A DNA stretch of 44,518 nucleotides from Planctomycetota bacterium (GCA_027592945.1 JAQCJP010000002.1:1-44518); one strand, 5' to 3'; positions 1-10,160 are shown, counted from the stretch's first letter. Notes: generated by a model not told the origin, from the sequence alone. Numbers and translations: made by a program.

Positions 1-810
1 GAGATGCTTGGCATTCATCGCGGCCAGGTCGTCAAGCAGGGCCCGCCGGGCCTCGCGGCTCACGCCCGCCGGATTGGCCAGATACGGCACCGGCTCCCCG
101 GTGTTGCGAAACTTCACGCCCTGAAACCGGGTCGGCAGAAACCCGCTGCCCCAGTAGTAGTCGAAGAAGAGCTGTCCGCAGGTCTTGCCCTTGTCGGACG
201 ACGTCATCACGACGAAGGCCGGCAGGTCGTCGGTCTCACAGCCGAGGCCGTAGCTCAGCCAGGCCCCCATGCTCGGCCGGCCGGGCACCTGGCTGCCAGT
301 GAGGAAAAACGTCACGCCGGGCGCATGGTTCACCGCCTCGGTGTGCATGCTGCGGACGAGGCAAATCTCGTCGGCGAGGCTGCCGATATTGGGCAGCATG
401 GTGCTCATCTCCATGCCGCACTGGCCGTACTGCTGGAACGGCTTGATCGGCGAGACGACCGGCCACTTCGCGTAGCCGCTCGACATTGTGGAGAGCCGCG
501 TGGTGCCGCGGACGCTCGCCGGAATATCCTCGCCAGCCCGGTTGATCAGCTGGGGCTTTGGGTCGAAGAGATCGACATGCGACGGCCCGCCCCCCTGCCA
601 GAGCATGACCACCCGCTTGGCCTTCGGCTCGAAGTGCGGCAGGCCGGGAAGCCCAGGAGACGCCTGTTCGGCCGGGGGTGTGGACCTGGCGGCCGTCGCG
701 TCCCGCTGGAAGAGCGAGGCCAAGGCCACCGAACCGATCCCCATGCCGGCCGAGCCGAAGAGCTGGCGACGGGTGACCCGCTGAATATTTTCCAGATGGA
801 GGCTATTCAT
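1..810 (-). CDS. DUF1501-family (sulfatase-like) protein with twin-arginine signal; N-terminal 270 codons only, C-terminus lies beyond the window start
   Basis: Absent from the ORF track because there is no stop in the window. My reverse-complement translation from the ATG at 810-808 reads MNSLHLENIQRVTRRQLFGSAGMGIGSVALASLF...VMLWQGGGPSHVDLFDPKP...VRSMHTEAVNHAPG... and stays open to position 1. It has a Tat-like TRRQLF motif and sits directly downstream of a PSCyt/PSD1 gene, the usual planctomycete pairing. Confidence 0.85.
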   Translation of the reverse strand, partial: MNSLHLENIQRVTRRQLFGSAGMGIGSVALASLFQRDATAARSTPPAEQASPGLPGLPHFEPKAKRVVMLWQGGGPSHVDLFDPKPQLINRAGEDIPASVRGTTRLSTMSSGYAKWPVVSPIKPFQQYGQCGMEMSTMLPNIGSLADEICLVRSMHTEAVNHAPGVTFFLTGSQVPGRPSMGAWLSYGLGCETDDLPAFVVMTSSDKGKTCGQLFFDYYWGSGFLPTRFQGVKFRNTGEPVPYLANPAGVSREARRALLDDLAAMNAKHL

Positions 811-992
811 GGTGTGCTCGATTTCCACCGGTAACACGCCGCCGGGGCGGCAAAAGTCTCGTCGCGGAGAAACTTCCTCGCTTGCACGTCTATGAAGGGT
901 TCATTCCGCTTGAGGCTCGAAAGTTCCTAACGCTCCTCAAGCTTTCACCGACCCCGGCTTCCCCGTTTGGCACGCATCGTGCCCTCATGCTC

Positions 993-3599
993 CTACTCCC
1001 GGGTCAGGGCTTCATCGAGGTTGAAAATGGCCAGGCAGACGCTGCTGAGCGCCGCATGCTCGGCCGGATCGAGTGATGCATCACGGGGATGCTCGCCCAC
1101 GCTCACCAGTTGCGTGGCGGCATCCCGATCAGCCCGGAAAATCTCCAGCTGGCGACCGTGCATCCGCCGCAGTCCGTCAAGATCGGAGGCGGTCGGCCGG
1201 CGGCCGAGCACCCGCCGAAAGGCGTGGGTGAGCCGGCCATCAAGGTCACCGGCCGCATGCAGGCTTTTTTCAGCCAGCACACGGGCGGCCTCGGCCCAGG
1301 TCGGATCGTTGAGCGTGGTGAGGGCATGGAGCGGGGTGCTTGTGAGGCTGGCCCGCACCGTGCAGGTCTGGCGGTTCGCCGTGTCGAACATGTTGGCTGG
1401 ACTGACCGTCCGCCGCCAAAACGTGTAGAGACTGCGGCGGTAGAGGTCGCTCCCCTGCGAGGCAGGATAGGTGAAATCGCGCTCCTTTGTGATCGCCAGT
1501 GCCTCCCAGATCGCATCGGGCTGATACGGATAGACCGGCCGGCCGCCCATCTCCAGGTTGATCAGGCCGCTGGCGGAAAGTGCCATGTCGCGGAGCACCA
1601 TCGACGGCATTCGGAACCGGCTGGCCCGGGCATGGAGCCGGTTTTCCGGATCCTTTTCCAGGTGCTGCGGGAGTACCTTGCTCGCCTGCCGATAGGTGGC
1701 GCTGGTCACGATCAGGCGGTGCATCTTCTTTTGGCTCCAGCCTTGTTCGCGAAACTCGACGGCCAGCCAGTCGAGGAGGTCCATGTGTCGCGGATACTCG
1801 CTCTGCACCCCCATGTCTTCGGCCGTCTTCACGAGCCCCGTGCCGAAGAAATACTGCCACATCCGGTTGACCTGCACCCGCGCCGTGAGCGGATGCTCCG
1901 GCAGGAAGAGCCACTTCGCGAGCCCGAGTCGATTCCGCGGCCAGCCCTCCGGCAGCGGCGGCAGGAAGGCCGGCGGCGCAAAGTCGACCTTCTCACCGAT
2001 GGGCGCGAGATAGTCACCGCGATCGAGGATTTTCGTCTCCCGCGGCTTTGCATCGCTCATGATCATGACGCGGGGAATCTGGTCCCCCTTGTACTCGTCA
2101 TACGCCTTCTTCGCTCTTTCGTAGGCCACGACCTGCGGCAAGCTCTTCGTGAGGCCGGCCTTGATCCGGCCCTCGAAATGCTTCCGGAGTTGGCTCTCGA
2201 TCGATCGCTTGTCGGCCTCGGTTCGCTCCGCCTCGGGCTTCCGCAGGAGGGGCGTGAGATTGCGGGGCAGATCTTTCCCGTCAGCCGCCTCACCATCGGA
2301 AAAGAGGCCTTCCTTCCACGAGGCATAGAGGGCGTCGATCACCGGCTGGGCCTCGTCCTCAACCGCCTTCATCGCCGCCTCGAGCTCGGCCAGCCGTTTG
2401 GTGTTCTCCTCGGTCGGCCGCTCAAGCAGAGGCGGGGCGACGCGAATCCGTGCTGAAAACCTCGCCGGCATCCCGCTCTCGGGCACCCGATTGAAGGCAT
2501 CGAGCAGGCCGTAGTAGTCGGCCTGCGTGAGCGGGTCGTACTTGTGGTCGTGGCACTGGGCGCAGGCCATCGTGAGGCCGAGCCAGGTGGTGCTCGTGGT
2601 GTCGACCCGGTCGAAGAGCGTGTTGAACCGCTGCTCCTCGGCGATCGCCCCCCCTTCGCCATTGAGCAGATGGTTGCGGTTGAACCCGCTGGCGATCTTC
2701 TGGTCGGTCGTCGCGTCGGGCAGGAGATCGCCGGCCAGTTGCTCGATCGAGAACTGATCAAACGGCATGTCGGCATTCAGCGCCTTCACCACCCAGTCCC
2801 GCCAGATCCACTGCCAGGTGTCGCCATCCTGCTGAAAGCCGTTGCTGTCGGCATAGCGGGCGGCGTCGAGCCAGGGCAACGCCATCCGCTCGCCGTAGTG
2901 GGGCGAGGCGAGGAGCCGGTCCACCAGTAACTCGTATGCGCGCGGATCGGGATCGGCCACGAAGGCATCGACCTCCGCGGGTGTCGGCGGTAGGCCGATC
3001 AGGTCGGCGTGGAGGCGGCGAATGAGGGTGGAGCGGTCCGCCGTCGGCGAGGGCGCGAGCCCCGCCACTTCGATCTTCGCGAGCACGAAGCGATCGATGT
3101 CGTTCCGCACCCAGTCGCTCTGCTTCACGTCCGGGGGCGTCGGCCGCCTGGGCGGCGTGAACGCCCAGTGCGGTTCATACTCGGCGCCATCCTTGATCCA
3201 GCGGTCGAGGATTTTCTTCTGCGCTTCGGAGAGTCGCCGGTTGGAGTCAGGCGGCGGCATCAGGTCGTCGGGATCGGTCGAGCGGATCCTCTCGAGCATC
3301 CCGCTCGCCCCGGGTTCGCCGGGCACGATCGCGCCAGCATCGATGGCGGCCTGGCGGTCGTCGAGCCGCAGATCGGCCTCTCGCTTCTGCCCATCTTGGC
3401 CGTGGCAGTAGAAGCAGTTTTCCGAGAGGATCGGCCGGATGTCGCGATTGAAGTCGGGCGAATGCTCGGCCCGCGCGGCCGCCGCCAGAGAGAACGCGGC
3501 CAACGAGGCACTGCCGAGCACACCGCAGAAACGCCGCACTGCCGGAACAGCCGAGCAACCCATGGAACCATTTCCTTCGGGGGTCACCCGCGTCGCCAA
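993..3599 (-). CDS. PSCyt1 (planctomycete cytochrome c) / DUF1549 / DUF1553 (PSD1) multidomain protein
   Basis: 868-aa ORF. It has an N-terminal signal-like segment, then NCFYCHGQDGQKREADLRLDD (PSCyt1 heme motif), DRFVLAKIEVAGLAPSP...LIRRLHADLIGLPPTPAEVDAFV (DUF1549-like) and CAQCHDHKYDPLTQADYYGLLDAFN (DUF1553-like). The start could also be the Met 12 codons downstream. Confidence 0.9.
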   Translation of the reverse strand: MATRVTPEGNGSMGCSAVPAVRRFCGVLGSASLAAFSLAAAARAEHSPDFNRDIRPILSENCFYCHGQDGQKREADLRLDDRQAAIDAGAIVPGEPGASGMLERIRSTDPDDLMPPPDSNRRLSEAQKKILDRWIKDGAEYEPHWAFTPPRRPTPPDVKQSDWVRNDIDRFVLAKIEVAGLAPSPTADRSTLIRRLHADLIGLPPTPAEVDAFVADPDPRAYELLVDRLLASPHYGERMALPWLDAARYADSNGFQQDGDTWQWIWRDWVVKALNADMPFDQFSIEQLAGDLLPDATTDQKIASGFNRNHLLNGEGGAIAEEQRFNTLFDRVDTTSTTWLGLTMACAQCHDHKYDPLTQADYYGLLDAFNRVPESGMPARFSARIRVAPPLLERPTEENTKRLAELEAAMKAVEDEAQPVIDALYASWKEGLFSDGEAADGKDLPRNLTPLLRKPEAERTEADKRSIESQLRKHFEGRIKAGLTKSLPQVVAYERAKKAYDEYKGDQIPRVMIMSDAKPRETKILDRGDYLAPIGEKVDFAPPAFLPPLPEGWPRNRLGLAKWLFLPEHPLTARVQVNRMWQYFFGTGLVKTAEDMGVQSEYPRHMDLLDWLAVEFREQGWSQKKMHRLIVTSATYRQASKVLPQHLEKDPENRLHARASRFRMPSMVLRDMALSASGLINLEMGGRPVYPYQPDAIWEALAITKERDFTYPASQGSDLYRRSLYTFWRRTVSPANMFDTANRQTCTVRASLTSTPLHALTTLNDPTWAEAARVLAEKSLHAAGDLDGRLTHAFRRVLGRRPTASDLDGLRRMHGRQLEIFRADRDAATQLVSVGEHPRDASLDPAEHAALSSVCLAIFNLDEALTRE

Positions 3600-4110
3600 T
3601 CTGGGCAGTCAGCCAGATCGCGGACCAGCGGGTCGTTCGGCGGGATACGGTATCCGTAAAATGTACCCCCTGCCGAAACCGCCGGCCAGCGATATCACGT
3701 CGCTTTTCGTTCCTGGCACCAAACTGAACGCTTCGGGCAGGTGCAAAGATCCCGACTGCGGCGCCGCCAGAGGGCGAGCTGTTCTTGACGACCGGTCCAT
3801 CGAACACGTCATCCTCCGAGGCCCTCGTACCAGAAGAATGCGATGGCGGCACCAGAGCAGTGAGCCGGGCTCACCAGATCGAGTGCGGCGGGCATTTCCG
3901 GAGGGCTGCGCCCGCAGCGTCGGCCGTGTCCACGCCTGGTCGTCGACGCTCGACCGGGCGTCTCACCAGATTTTCGATTCCGGTCAAGCCGGCTGATCGT
4001 TATCCCGCAGGCGGTTGTTGGTGTGGCGCGGTCTCACAGTTGCTGTGATGAGCAGCCACGCTATTCTCAGGTAGCGGATAGTTGACAATCTCGGACTACG
4101 CAGGTGATTC

Positions 4111-6921
4111 ATGCATGACGTCCTCGCCGACCTCGATCGCCATGTGTTTTTTCGTCGGCCGCCGCACCCTGCCCGCTGTGGCGGCATTGGCGTGATCCTG
4201 GTCGCGATCGTGGCGGGGGCTTTTTCGGCAGCCGCCGAGCCATCACAGACCTGGCGACAGTCACCGGAGACAATGCCGCCGGCCACGGTCGCCACGCCGG
4301 AAGGTCCGAGCCCTGCCCCGGGCGCGGCGGCTGAGCCGTTCAACGTGCCCGAGGGCTTCCGGGTCGAGCGGCTCTTTACTGTGCCGCGAGAGGAACTCGG
4401 CTCCTGGGTCTCGCTCACGACGGCTCCCGATGGCCGACTCTACGCCAGCGATCAGGGCGGCAAGGGGCTCGTGCGGATCACGCCGGCAGGCGTCGCGGGA
4501 GCCACCGAAACGATCGTCGAGCGGGTGCCGGCGACGATCACCGGGGCTCAGGGGCTGCTCTGGGCCTTCGACAGCCTCTACGTCGTCTGCAACGGCGGAA
4601 CCGGCAGCGGGCTCTACCGAGTCACCGATTCCGATGGCGACGACCGGCTCGATGCGGTCGAGAAGCTCCGCAGCTTCAGCGGTGGCGGCGAGCATGGTCC
4701 CCACAACATCCTGCTCTCGCCTGATGGCACGAGGCTGTTCGTGGTCTGCGGCAACCATACCGAGATCCCCTTCCCGATCGAGAACGTCACGCCCCCGCAG
4801 ACGATGGGCGGGATCCGAACGACCCAGCGGCGAGTGAAACTGCCGGCTGACGGCACCAGTCGCGTGCCTCCCAACTGGGACGAAGACCTCGTGATCACCC
4901 GGATGTGGGACGGTCGCGGCCATGCCGCCGGCAAGCTCGCTCCCGGCGGCTTCGTCGTGAGCACCGACCCCAGCGGCAAGACCTGGGAGGTCTGGAGCAC
5001 CGGCTACCGCAACCCCTACGACTTCGCCTTCAACGCCGACGGTGAACTCTTCGCCTACGACGCCGACATGGAGTGGGACTTCGGCACCCCTTGGTACCGG
5101 CCCACGCGTGTCAACCATGCCGTCAGCGGCAGCGACCTCGGCTGGCGAAGCGGCACGGGCAAGTGGTCGCCGGCCTTTCCTGACAGCCTGCCGGCGGTCG
5201 TCGACATCGGTCCGGGCTCCCCGGTCGGCGCCAGCTTCGGGTACGGCACGAAGTTTCCCGCCCGCTACCAGAAGGCCCTCTACGTCTGCGACTGGACCTT
5301 CGGCACGATCTACGCCATTCACCTCACCCCCGACGGCTCGACGTACGCAGGCGAGACGGAGGAGTTCCTCTCGCGGACGCCTCTCCCCTTGACCGACCTC
5401 ACCGTCGGCAGCGACGGCGCGATCTACTTCGCCATCGGCGGTCGCGGCGGCCAGAGCGAACTGTTTCGTGTGACCTACGCCGGCAGCGAGCCGACCGGTC
5501 CGGTCGATCCCCGCGATACGACGGCCGCCGCCGAACGGAGCCTGCGACGCCAGCTCGAGGCCTTCCACCGGCCCACAGCTGACGTCGAAGAGGCAATCCA
5601 GCTGGCCCTCGAGCATCTCGGGCATCCCGATCGCTTCATCCGGCATGCCGCCCGGGTCGCCCTGGAACACCAGCCGATCGAACGCTGGCAGGAGCGGGCG
5701 CTCGGCTCAGATGATCCCCTCGCCAGGATCACCGCGGCGGTGGCGGTGGCCCGTCAGGCCGAACCCTCGGCTCAAGGGGCGGTCCTCGCAGCCCTCGACG
5801 CGGTTGATCCAGCCACCCTCGACACTGCCGGCAGGATCGCGTTGGTGCGGGCCTACGAGCTGGCCCTCGTGCGGCTCGGCGAACCCTCCGCCGAGGCCAA
5901 GGCGAGGATCGTCGAGCGAATCTCCCCGCTGTTCCCCTCCGGCTCGCTCGAGCTCGACCGGGCCGCCTCGAGCCTGCTCGTGGCCGTGCGGGCCCCTGGC
6001 ATCGTCAGCCAACTCGTCGGGCTGCTTGCCCAGCCAAGCGGCTCGGCCGGCGGCACCAACCTCGCCCCTGACGAGGCGGCGCTTCGGGAACTGATCAAGC
6101 GAAACGGCGGCTACGGCTCGGATGTGAAAGCGGCTCTCGAGAGGCGGAGCGATCTCGCCCAGATTCACTACGCGTACGTGCTGCGAACGGTCACCGAGCC
6201 GGGCGTCTGGACCGACGCCGATCGCCGGGGCTACTACGCCTGGTTTGCGAGGGCTCGGGAGTGGGCCGGTGGCAAGAGCTTCCGCAACTTCCTCGATGCC
6301 ATCGAGACGGAGAGCCTGGCGGGCCTGACCGACACCGAGAAGCTCGCCCTGGAAACCCTCGGCATCCGCAAGCCCTACGTCCCCCCGCCGCTGCCTCAGC
6401 CGGAGGGTCCAGGGCAAAAGTGGACCACTGGGGCCGTGCTTGCGGCGGCGGAGACGGGCCTGGCCAAGGGCCGCGACTTCGAGCACGGCCGGCGGACCTT
6501 CGCTGCGGCGCGGTGCGTGGTCTGCCATCGCTTTGGCAACGACGGCGGGGCCACCGGGCCCGACCTCACCCAGGCCGGCGGCCGCTTCCAACTGCGTGAC
6601 ATGGTCGAGGCGATCGTCGAGCCGAGCAAGGTCGTCTCCGATCAGTACAAGGCGAGCATCGTGCAGACGATCACCGGGAAAGTCGTGACCGGGCGGATCG
6701 TGGCGGAGTCTCCCGAGCGAATCGTGGTCTCCACCGACCCTGAAGATGCCAGCAAGGCGGTCGAGATTCCCCGGGCCGAGATCGAGGAGATTATCCCGTC
6801 AGCCGCCTCGCTGATGCCCGCCGGCCTCCTCGACCAGCTCAGCGAGGCCGAGGTGCTCGACCTGCTCGCCTACACCCTCTCGCGGGGCAACCGCCGCGAC
6901 GCTCGATTTCGGAAGCAATAG
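4111..6921 (+). CDS. PVC-type heme-binding CxxCH protein (beta-propeller dehydrogenase-like domain, HEAT-like repeats, C-terminal cytochrome c)
   Basis: 936-aa ORF with an N-terminal hydrophobic anchor (GIGVILVAIVAGAF). Propeller-type blocks include GPHNILLSPDGTRLFVVCGNHT and CDWTFGTIYAIHL. There is a HEAT-like middle region and a C-terminal CVVCHRFGNDGGATGPDL heme c site. Confidence 0.85.
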   Translation: MHDVLADLDRHVFFRRPPHPARCGGIGVILVAIVAGAFSAAAEPSQTWRQSPETMPPATVATPEGPSPAPGAAAEPFNVPEGFRVERLFTVPREELGSWVSLTTAPDGRLYASDQGGKGLVRITPAGVAGATETIVERVPATITGAQGLLWAFDSLYVVCNGGTGSGLYRVTDSDGDDRLDAVEKLRSFSGGGEHGPHNILLSPDGTRLFVVCGNHTEIPFPIENVTPPQTMGGIRTTQRRVKLPADGTSRVPPNWDEDLVITRMWDGRGHAAGKLAPGGFVVSTDPSGKTWEVWSTGYRNPYDFAFNADGELFAYDADMEWDFGTPWYRPTRVNHAVSGSDLGWRSGTGKWSPAFPDSLPAVVDIGPGSPVGASFGYGTKFPARYQKALYVCDWTFGTIYAIHLTPDGSTYAGETEEFLSRTPLPLTDLTVGSDGAIYFAIGGRGGQSELFRVTYAGSEPTGPVDPRDTTAAAERSLRRQLEAFHRPTADVEEAIQLALEHLGHPDRFIRHAARVALEHQPIERWQERALGSDDPLARITAAVAVARQAEPSAQGAVLAALDAVDPATLDTAGRIALVRAYELALVRLGEPSAEAKARIVERISPLFPSGSLELDRAASSLLVAVRAPGIVSQLVGLLAQPSGSAGGTNLAPDEAALRELIKRNGGYGSDVKAALERRSDLAQIHYAYVLRTVTEPGVWTDADRRGYYAWFARAREWAGGKSFRNFLDAIETESLAGLTDTEKLALETLGIRKPYVPPPLPQPEGPGQKWTTGAVLAAAETGLAKGRDFEHGRRTFAAARCVVCHRFGNDGGATGPDLTQAGGRFQLRDMVEAIVEPSKVVSDQYKASIVQTITGKVVTGRIVAESPERIVVSTDPEDASKAVEIPRAEIEEIIPSAASLMPAGLLDQLSEAEVLDLLAYTLSRGNRRDARFRKQ

Positions 6922-7022
6922 CCTGCCCGGGGTGACAACCGCGACACCTGCGGTCGCCTCGGCGATCAGCCGATTCGCCCCGCGAACGGACCATTCTCGC
7001 CATTTCGGCCCGCCGCGAGAGC

Positions 7023-7604
7023 TCAGCGAAAGCTCGGCAGCTCGATGCCACGCGGCTCGGCGTAGGCCTCGACCACGCCGTCGAACCGCTCGGAGAGTTC
7101 CCGACGGATGCGTTCGGCCTCTGCCTCAGCCGGCGTTTTTTCAGGTTCGGGCTCCCCGCGACGCCGGCGGCGGGGCAGGTACGCATCCTCGCCCGGCCGC
7201 TGGCGGGGATTCATCGCCATCAGCAGGTCGTGGTAGGCACCGAGCTGGGCGATGTAGCGATCGAGCAGAGCTGGTCGCTCGGCCTGCGGGGCTGCGAAGT
7301 AGGCGTCCATCGCCTCCTGCTTGATCCGCTTCCATTCGGCAGCCGCCGCCCGGTAGGCCGCCCAGACCTCCCGGCGATCCATCCGGTCGACCGTCTGGAT
7401 GACACGCATGATCTCGCTGCGGCTCGGCGTCCCTCCGGCGGCCAGCAGCTGCTTCTGCATGTCGAGCACGTCGCCGAGCTTGTCTTCACGCGGCCAGAGC
7501 AGCCAGGCGGCCGCTGCGGCGATGATCACGGCGAGGGCCGCGGCGACGATCGCAAATGCTCGACCCTGGGCGGCTGCAGGCTGCGACGGCCGGGCGGCTG
7601 GCAT
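7023..7604 (-). CDS. hypothetical single-pass membrane protein
   Basis: 193-aa ORF with one N-terminal TM helix (AFAIVAAALAVIIAAAAAWLLW) followed by a helical, charged domain. It lies 38 nt downstream of tdk on the same strand. I recognise no family. Confidence 0.55.
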   Translation of the reverse strand: MPAARPSQPAAAQGRAFAIVAAALAVIIAAAAAWLLWPREDKLGDVLDMQKQLLAAGGTPSRSEIMRVIQTVDRMDRREVWAAYRAAAAEWKRIKQEAMDAYFAAPQAERPALLDRYIAQLGAYHDLLMAMNPRQRPGEDAYLPRRRRRGEPEPEKTPAEAEAERIRRELSERFDGVVEAYAEPRGIELPSFR

Positions 7605-7642
7605 GGTGGTGCTCCAGGAAAGCGTGGCGAAACGGCCGAAGG

Positions 7643-8245
7643 TCAGGGCTGCGAGGGAGCCTGCTGGTTGACGGGCGAGACCTGGTCGAGGCCAAACTCC
7701 TTGCGGCTGAGCGCCTCGTAATGATGGCCGATGTCGATCTGGGCCCCCTCGGTGATCCGGTTGCCATGGTCGTCGAGCCGGGCGTTCATCGTTGCCTTCT
7801 TGCCGCTCCGGCAGATCGTCTTGATCTCGATGATGTTGTCGGCCCAGGCGAGCAGGTACTTGCTGCCCTCGAAGGGCTCGCCCCGGAAATCGGTGCGGAT
7901 CCCGTAGCAGAGCACCGGGATCGAGAGGTGGTCGCAGACGAGGGTCAGCTGGAGCACCTGCTGCGGCGTGAGAAACTGGGCCTCGTCGATCAGGAGGCAG
8001 TGGACCGGCCCTGCCCGCAGCTGGCCCTGCACCGCGGCGAAGAAGTCGTAGCCACGATCGAAGGCGGTCGCCTCGGCCGAGATGCCGATCCGGGAGTGAA
8101 TCTTTGGCCCACCCGCCCGATGATCGATCGATGGAGTGTAGAGCAGGGCCTGCATGCCCCGTTCCTGGTAGTTGTGGGCCGACTGGAGCAGGGTCGTGCT
8201 CTTGCCCGCGTTCATCGCCGAGTAATAGAAGTACAACTGGGCCAT
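7643..8245 (-). CDS. tdk: thymidine kinase
   Basis: [21 protein letters not shown] (P-loop), LLIDEAQFL, then the C-terminal lasso/zinc region [15 protein letters not shown] place the start at the ATG at 8245-8243, not the upstream Met of the track ORF (8272). Confidence 0.92.
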   Translation of the reverse strand: MAQLYFYYSAMNAGKSTTLLQSAHNYQERGMQALLYTPSIDHRAGGPKIHSRIGISAEATAFDRGYDFFAAVQGQLRAGPVHCLLIDEAQFLTPQQVLQLTLVCDHLSIPVLCYGIRTDFRGEPFEGSKYLLAWADNIIEIKTICRSGKKATMNARLDDHGNRITEGAQIDIGHHYEALSRKEFGLDQVSPVNQQAPSQP

Positions 8246-8324
8246 ACCAACTCCGTCGCGAGGCTGTCTCACCGCTGCCAGGGATTGTGACCGAAACGGC
8301 CGCCGTCGAGAACCGTCGCCCCGC

Positions 8325-9080
8325 TCAGGCCGACGATCGCGTCGGCCGCGTGCCGCCCCGCTTGCTCCTCGGCAGTCGGATGCCCAGGCCGCTGAGTTGC
8401 TGTTCGGCCTGCTTCGCCCAGCCCCGATTGGCCGCCGGACTGGCCGGGCTTGGGTGGAGCACCGTGCCGATCGCCGGCCCGTCGGCCCCGAGGGCGGCGG
8501 CAGCCCGCGCGGTGGCGAAGGCCCCCACGCCGATCACCTGCCGCGGTCTGCTCCAGGCGACCAGCCGCCGGAGCGCCTCGTCGCAGGCTGCAAAGAGCGG
8601 CTCACGCTCGGCGGCCGGCAGTTTGTCAGGCGTGCGATTGCGGCCCGACGCCTCCATGAAGACCAGCGGACAGTAGTTGCTGATCAGAAAGGTGTTGCTG
8701 AAGCGGCGAGCCGTGCCGTAGCGATCGCGGGCCCAGCCCCAGAGCCGCCGGCCGCTCACCTCGCTCCGCGTGCAGGCAAAGCCCTCGATCGGCCGCTTGG
8801 GATGGAGGACCGGCGGCTGGCCCACCGGCTCCTCGATTCCCAAAAACTCCCGCACGAGCGCCACTTCGCCGAAGGGCACGCCCGTCTGGGCCATGCCCCA
8901 GGGGCCCGGGTTCATGCCGATCAGCAACGCCGTCACACCAGGCCGGGCGTAGTGGCGGAGGTAGGCCTCGTGGGATCGGCGGGCATAGACGAGCGGGTTG
9001 TAGACGCAGGCTGTCGGCGGGCCGAACTCCAGATCGGCAACCTGTCTGGCAAGCCAGCGGGAGATGGCGATCGGGTTCAT
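8325..9080 (-). CDS. family-3 (SMUG1-type) uracil-DNA glycosylase
   Basis: [17 protein letters not shown] and [13 protein letters not shown] correspond to the two signature motifs of SMUG1-type glycosylases. The start is taken at MNPIAISRW (ATG at 9080-9078). Confidence 0.8.
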   Translation of the reverse strand: MNPIAISRWLARQVADLEFGPPTACVYNPLVYARRSHEAYLRHYARPGVTALLIGMNPGPWGMAQTGVPFGEVALVREFLGIEEPVGQPPVLHPKRPIEGFACTRSEVSGRRLWGWARDRYGTARRFSNTFLISNYCPLVFMEASGRNRTPDKLPAAEREPLFAACDEALRRLVAWSRPRQVIGVGAFATARAAAALGADGPAIGTVLHPSPASPAANRGWAKQAEQQLSGLGIRLPRSKRGGTRPTRSSA

Positions 9081-9242
9081 CCGTGACAGGTGCCGGGGTT
9101 CGGACGACGGAAACTGCTTGGTCCCACGATAGCCGGTCTGGCCTCGAGACGGAGGAGCGGCCACCGGCGGCTATTCTGGGGATTCCCGCCGGGCCGTGCC
9201 TCGCCGCTGCCCTCCTGCAAGTTGTCCGCAGATGGTTCGCCC

Positions 9243-10010
9243 ATGACGATTCCCGTGCTCTTCGATCGCAGCGGCGTGATTGCCGTCGTCAAGCCGACCG
9301 GTCTGGCCAGCCAGGCTCCCCCGGGGATCGTGTCCGTCGAGTCGCTGATGCGGGAGCGGCTCTTCGGCGACGCCTTCCAGGCTGACCTGGCTGCCGGCCG
9401 GCGACGGCACCCCGGCGGCTTCCTGGGAATGCCCCACCGTCTCGACCGGGCAGTCTCAGGCGTGCTGCTGATGGCCACCACGCCCCGCGCCGCCCGACAG
9501 CTTTCCCGCCAGTTTGAGCAGCGAACCATCGACAAGGCCTACCTGGCGGTCGTTACAACCGCATCGCAGCCGACAACCCTGGCAGACCCTTTCGAGTGGC
9601 GGGATCTGATTCGGAAGGTGCCCGACGAGCCGCGGGCTGAGATTGTGGCCGGGGATATCACCGGAGCCCGCGAAGCGATCACCGAAGGACACCTGCTGAC
9701 GGCCGAGTCCGACAGGCTGCTGTTGAGCCTGAGCCCCCGAACCGGCCGCATGCACCAACTGCGGCTCCAGGCCGCAGCCCGCGGGATGCCGATCGTCGGC
9801 GACACGCTCTACGGCGGCCAGCCGCTCCCGGAGGCGGCCGCCCTTCCCGCGCGGACGCGACCGATTGCCCTCCATGCCTGGCGGATCGCGTTCCAGGATC
9901 CCGACTCGGCCGAGCGGATCAACCTGGAAGCCCCGCCTCCCGAAGCCATCCCGTGGACCGCCTCGGCATTCCGCTCGGTCATCAGCCAGCCGCCATCCCA
10001 GAGTCCGTGA
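9243..10010 (+). CDS. RluA-family pseudouridine synthase
   Basis: HRLDRAVSGVLLMA (catalytic Asp motif) and GRMHQLRLQAAARGMPIVGDTLYGG. The start is taken at MTIPVLFD (ATG 9243), inside the longer track ORF that begins at 9090. Confidence 0.85.
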   Translation: MTIPVLFDRSGVIAVVKPTGLASQAPPGIVSVESLMRERLFGDAFQADLAAGRRRHPGGFLGMPHRLDRAVSGVLLMATTPRAARQLSRQFEQRTIDKAYLAVVTTASQPTTLADPFEWRDLIRKVPDEPRAEIVAGDITGAREAITEGHLLTAESDRLLLSLSPRTGRMHQLRLQAAARGMPIVGDTLYGGQPLPEAAALPARTRPIALHAWRIAFQDPDSAERINLEAPPPEAIPWTASAFRSVISQPPSQSP

Positions 10011-10160
10011 CCGACTGAAAACTTGCAAAGCCCGCTGTGCCCCCATTCACCCCCAACCCCGCCGCCGGAAATCTTTCCAGAATCGTCATCGCCTACGTCG
10101 ATAGCAAAAACGGTCCACTCGGAGGCCCCGCGCTCGTTTTCCCTTCTCGCCGCCCCTGCC

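Noticed and set aside
4-834. 276-aa plus-strand ORF at the window start
   Set aside because: The opposite strand encodes a textbook DUF1501 N-terminus (Tat motif, GGGPSHVD) that is open across the same span. The plus-strand translation is Arg/Gly/Ala-rich with no motif, as expected for an antisense frame in GC-rich DNA.
4082-4110. TTGACA hexamer just upstream of the 4111 start codon as a promoter
   Set aside because: No acceptable -10 element lies at 16-18 nt spacing (only TGATTC), and it would abut the ATG directly. The evidence is insufficient.
9185-9195. 11-mer cccgccgggcc shared with 13110-13120
   Set aside because: A G/C-only 11-mer is expected to recur by chance in about 89 kb of two-strand GC-rich sequence. 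The flanks show no similarity.
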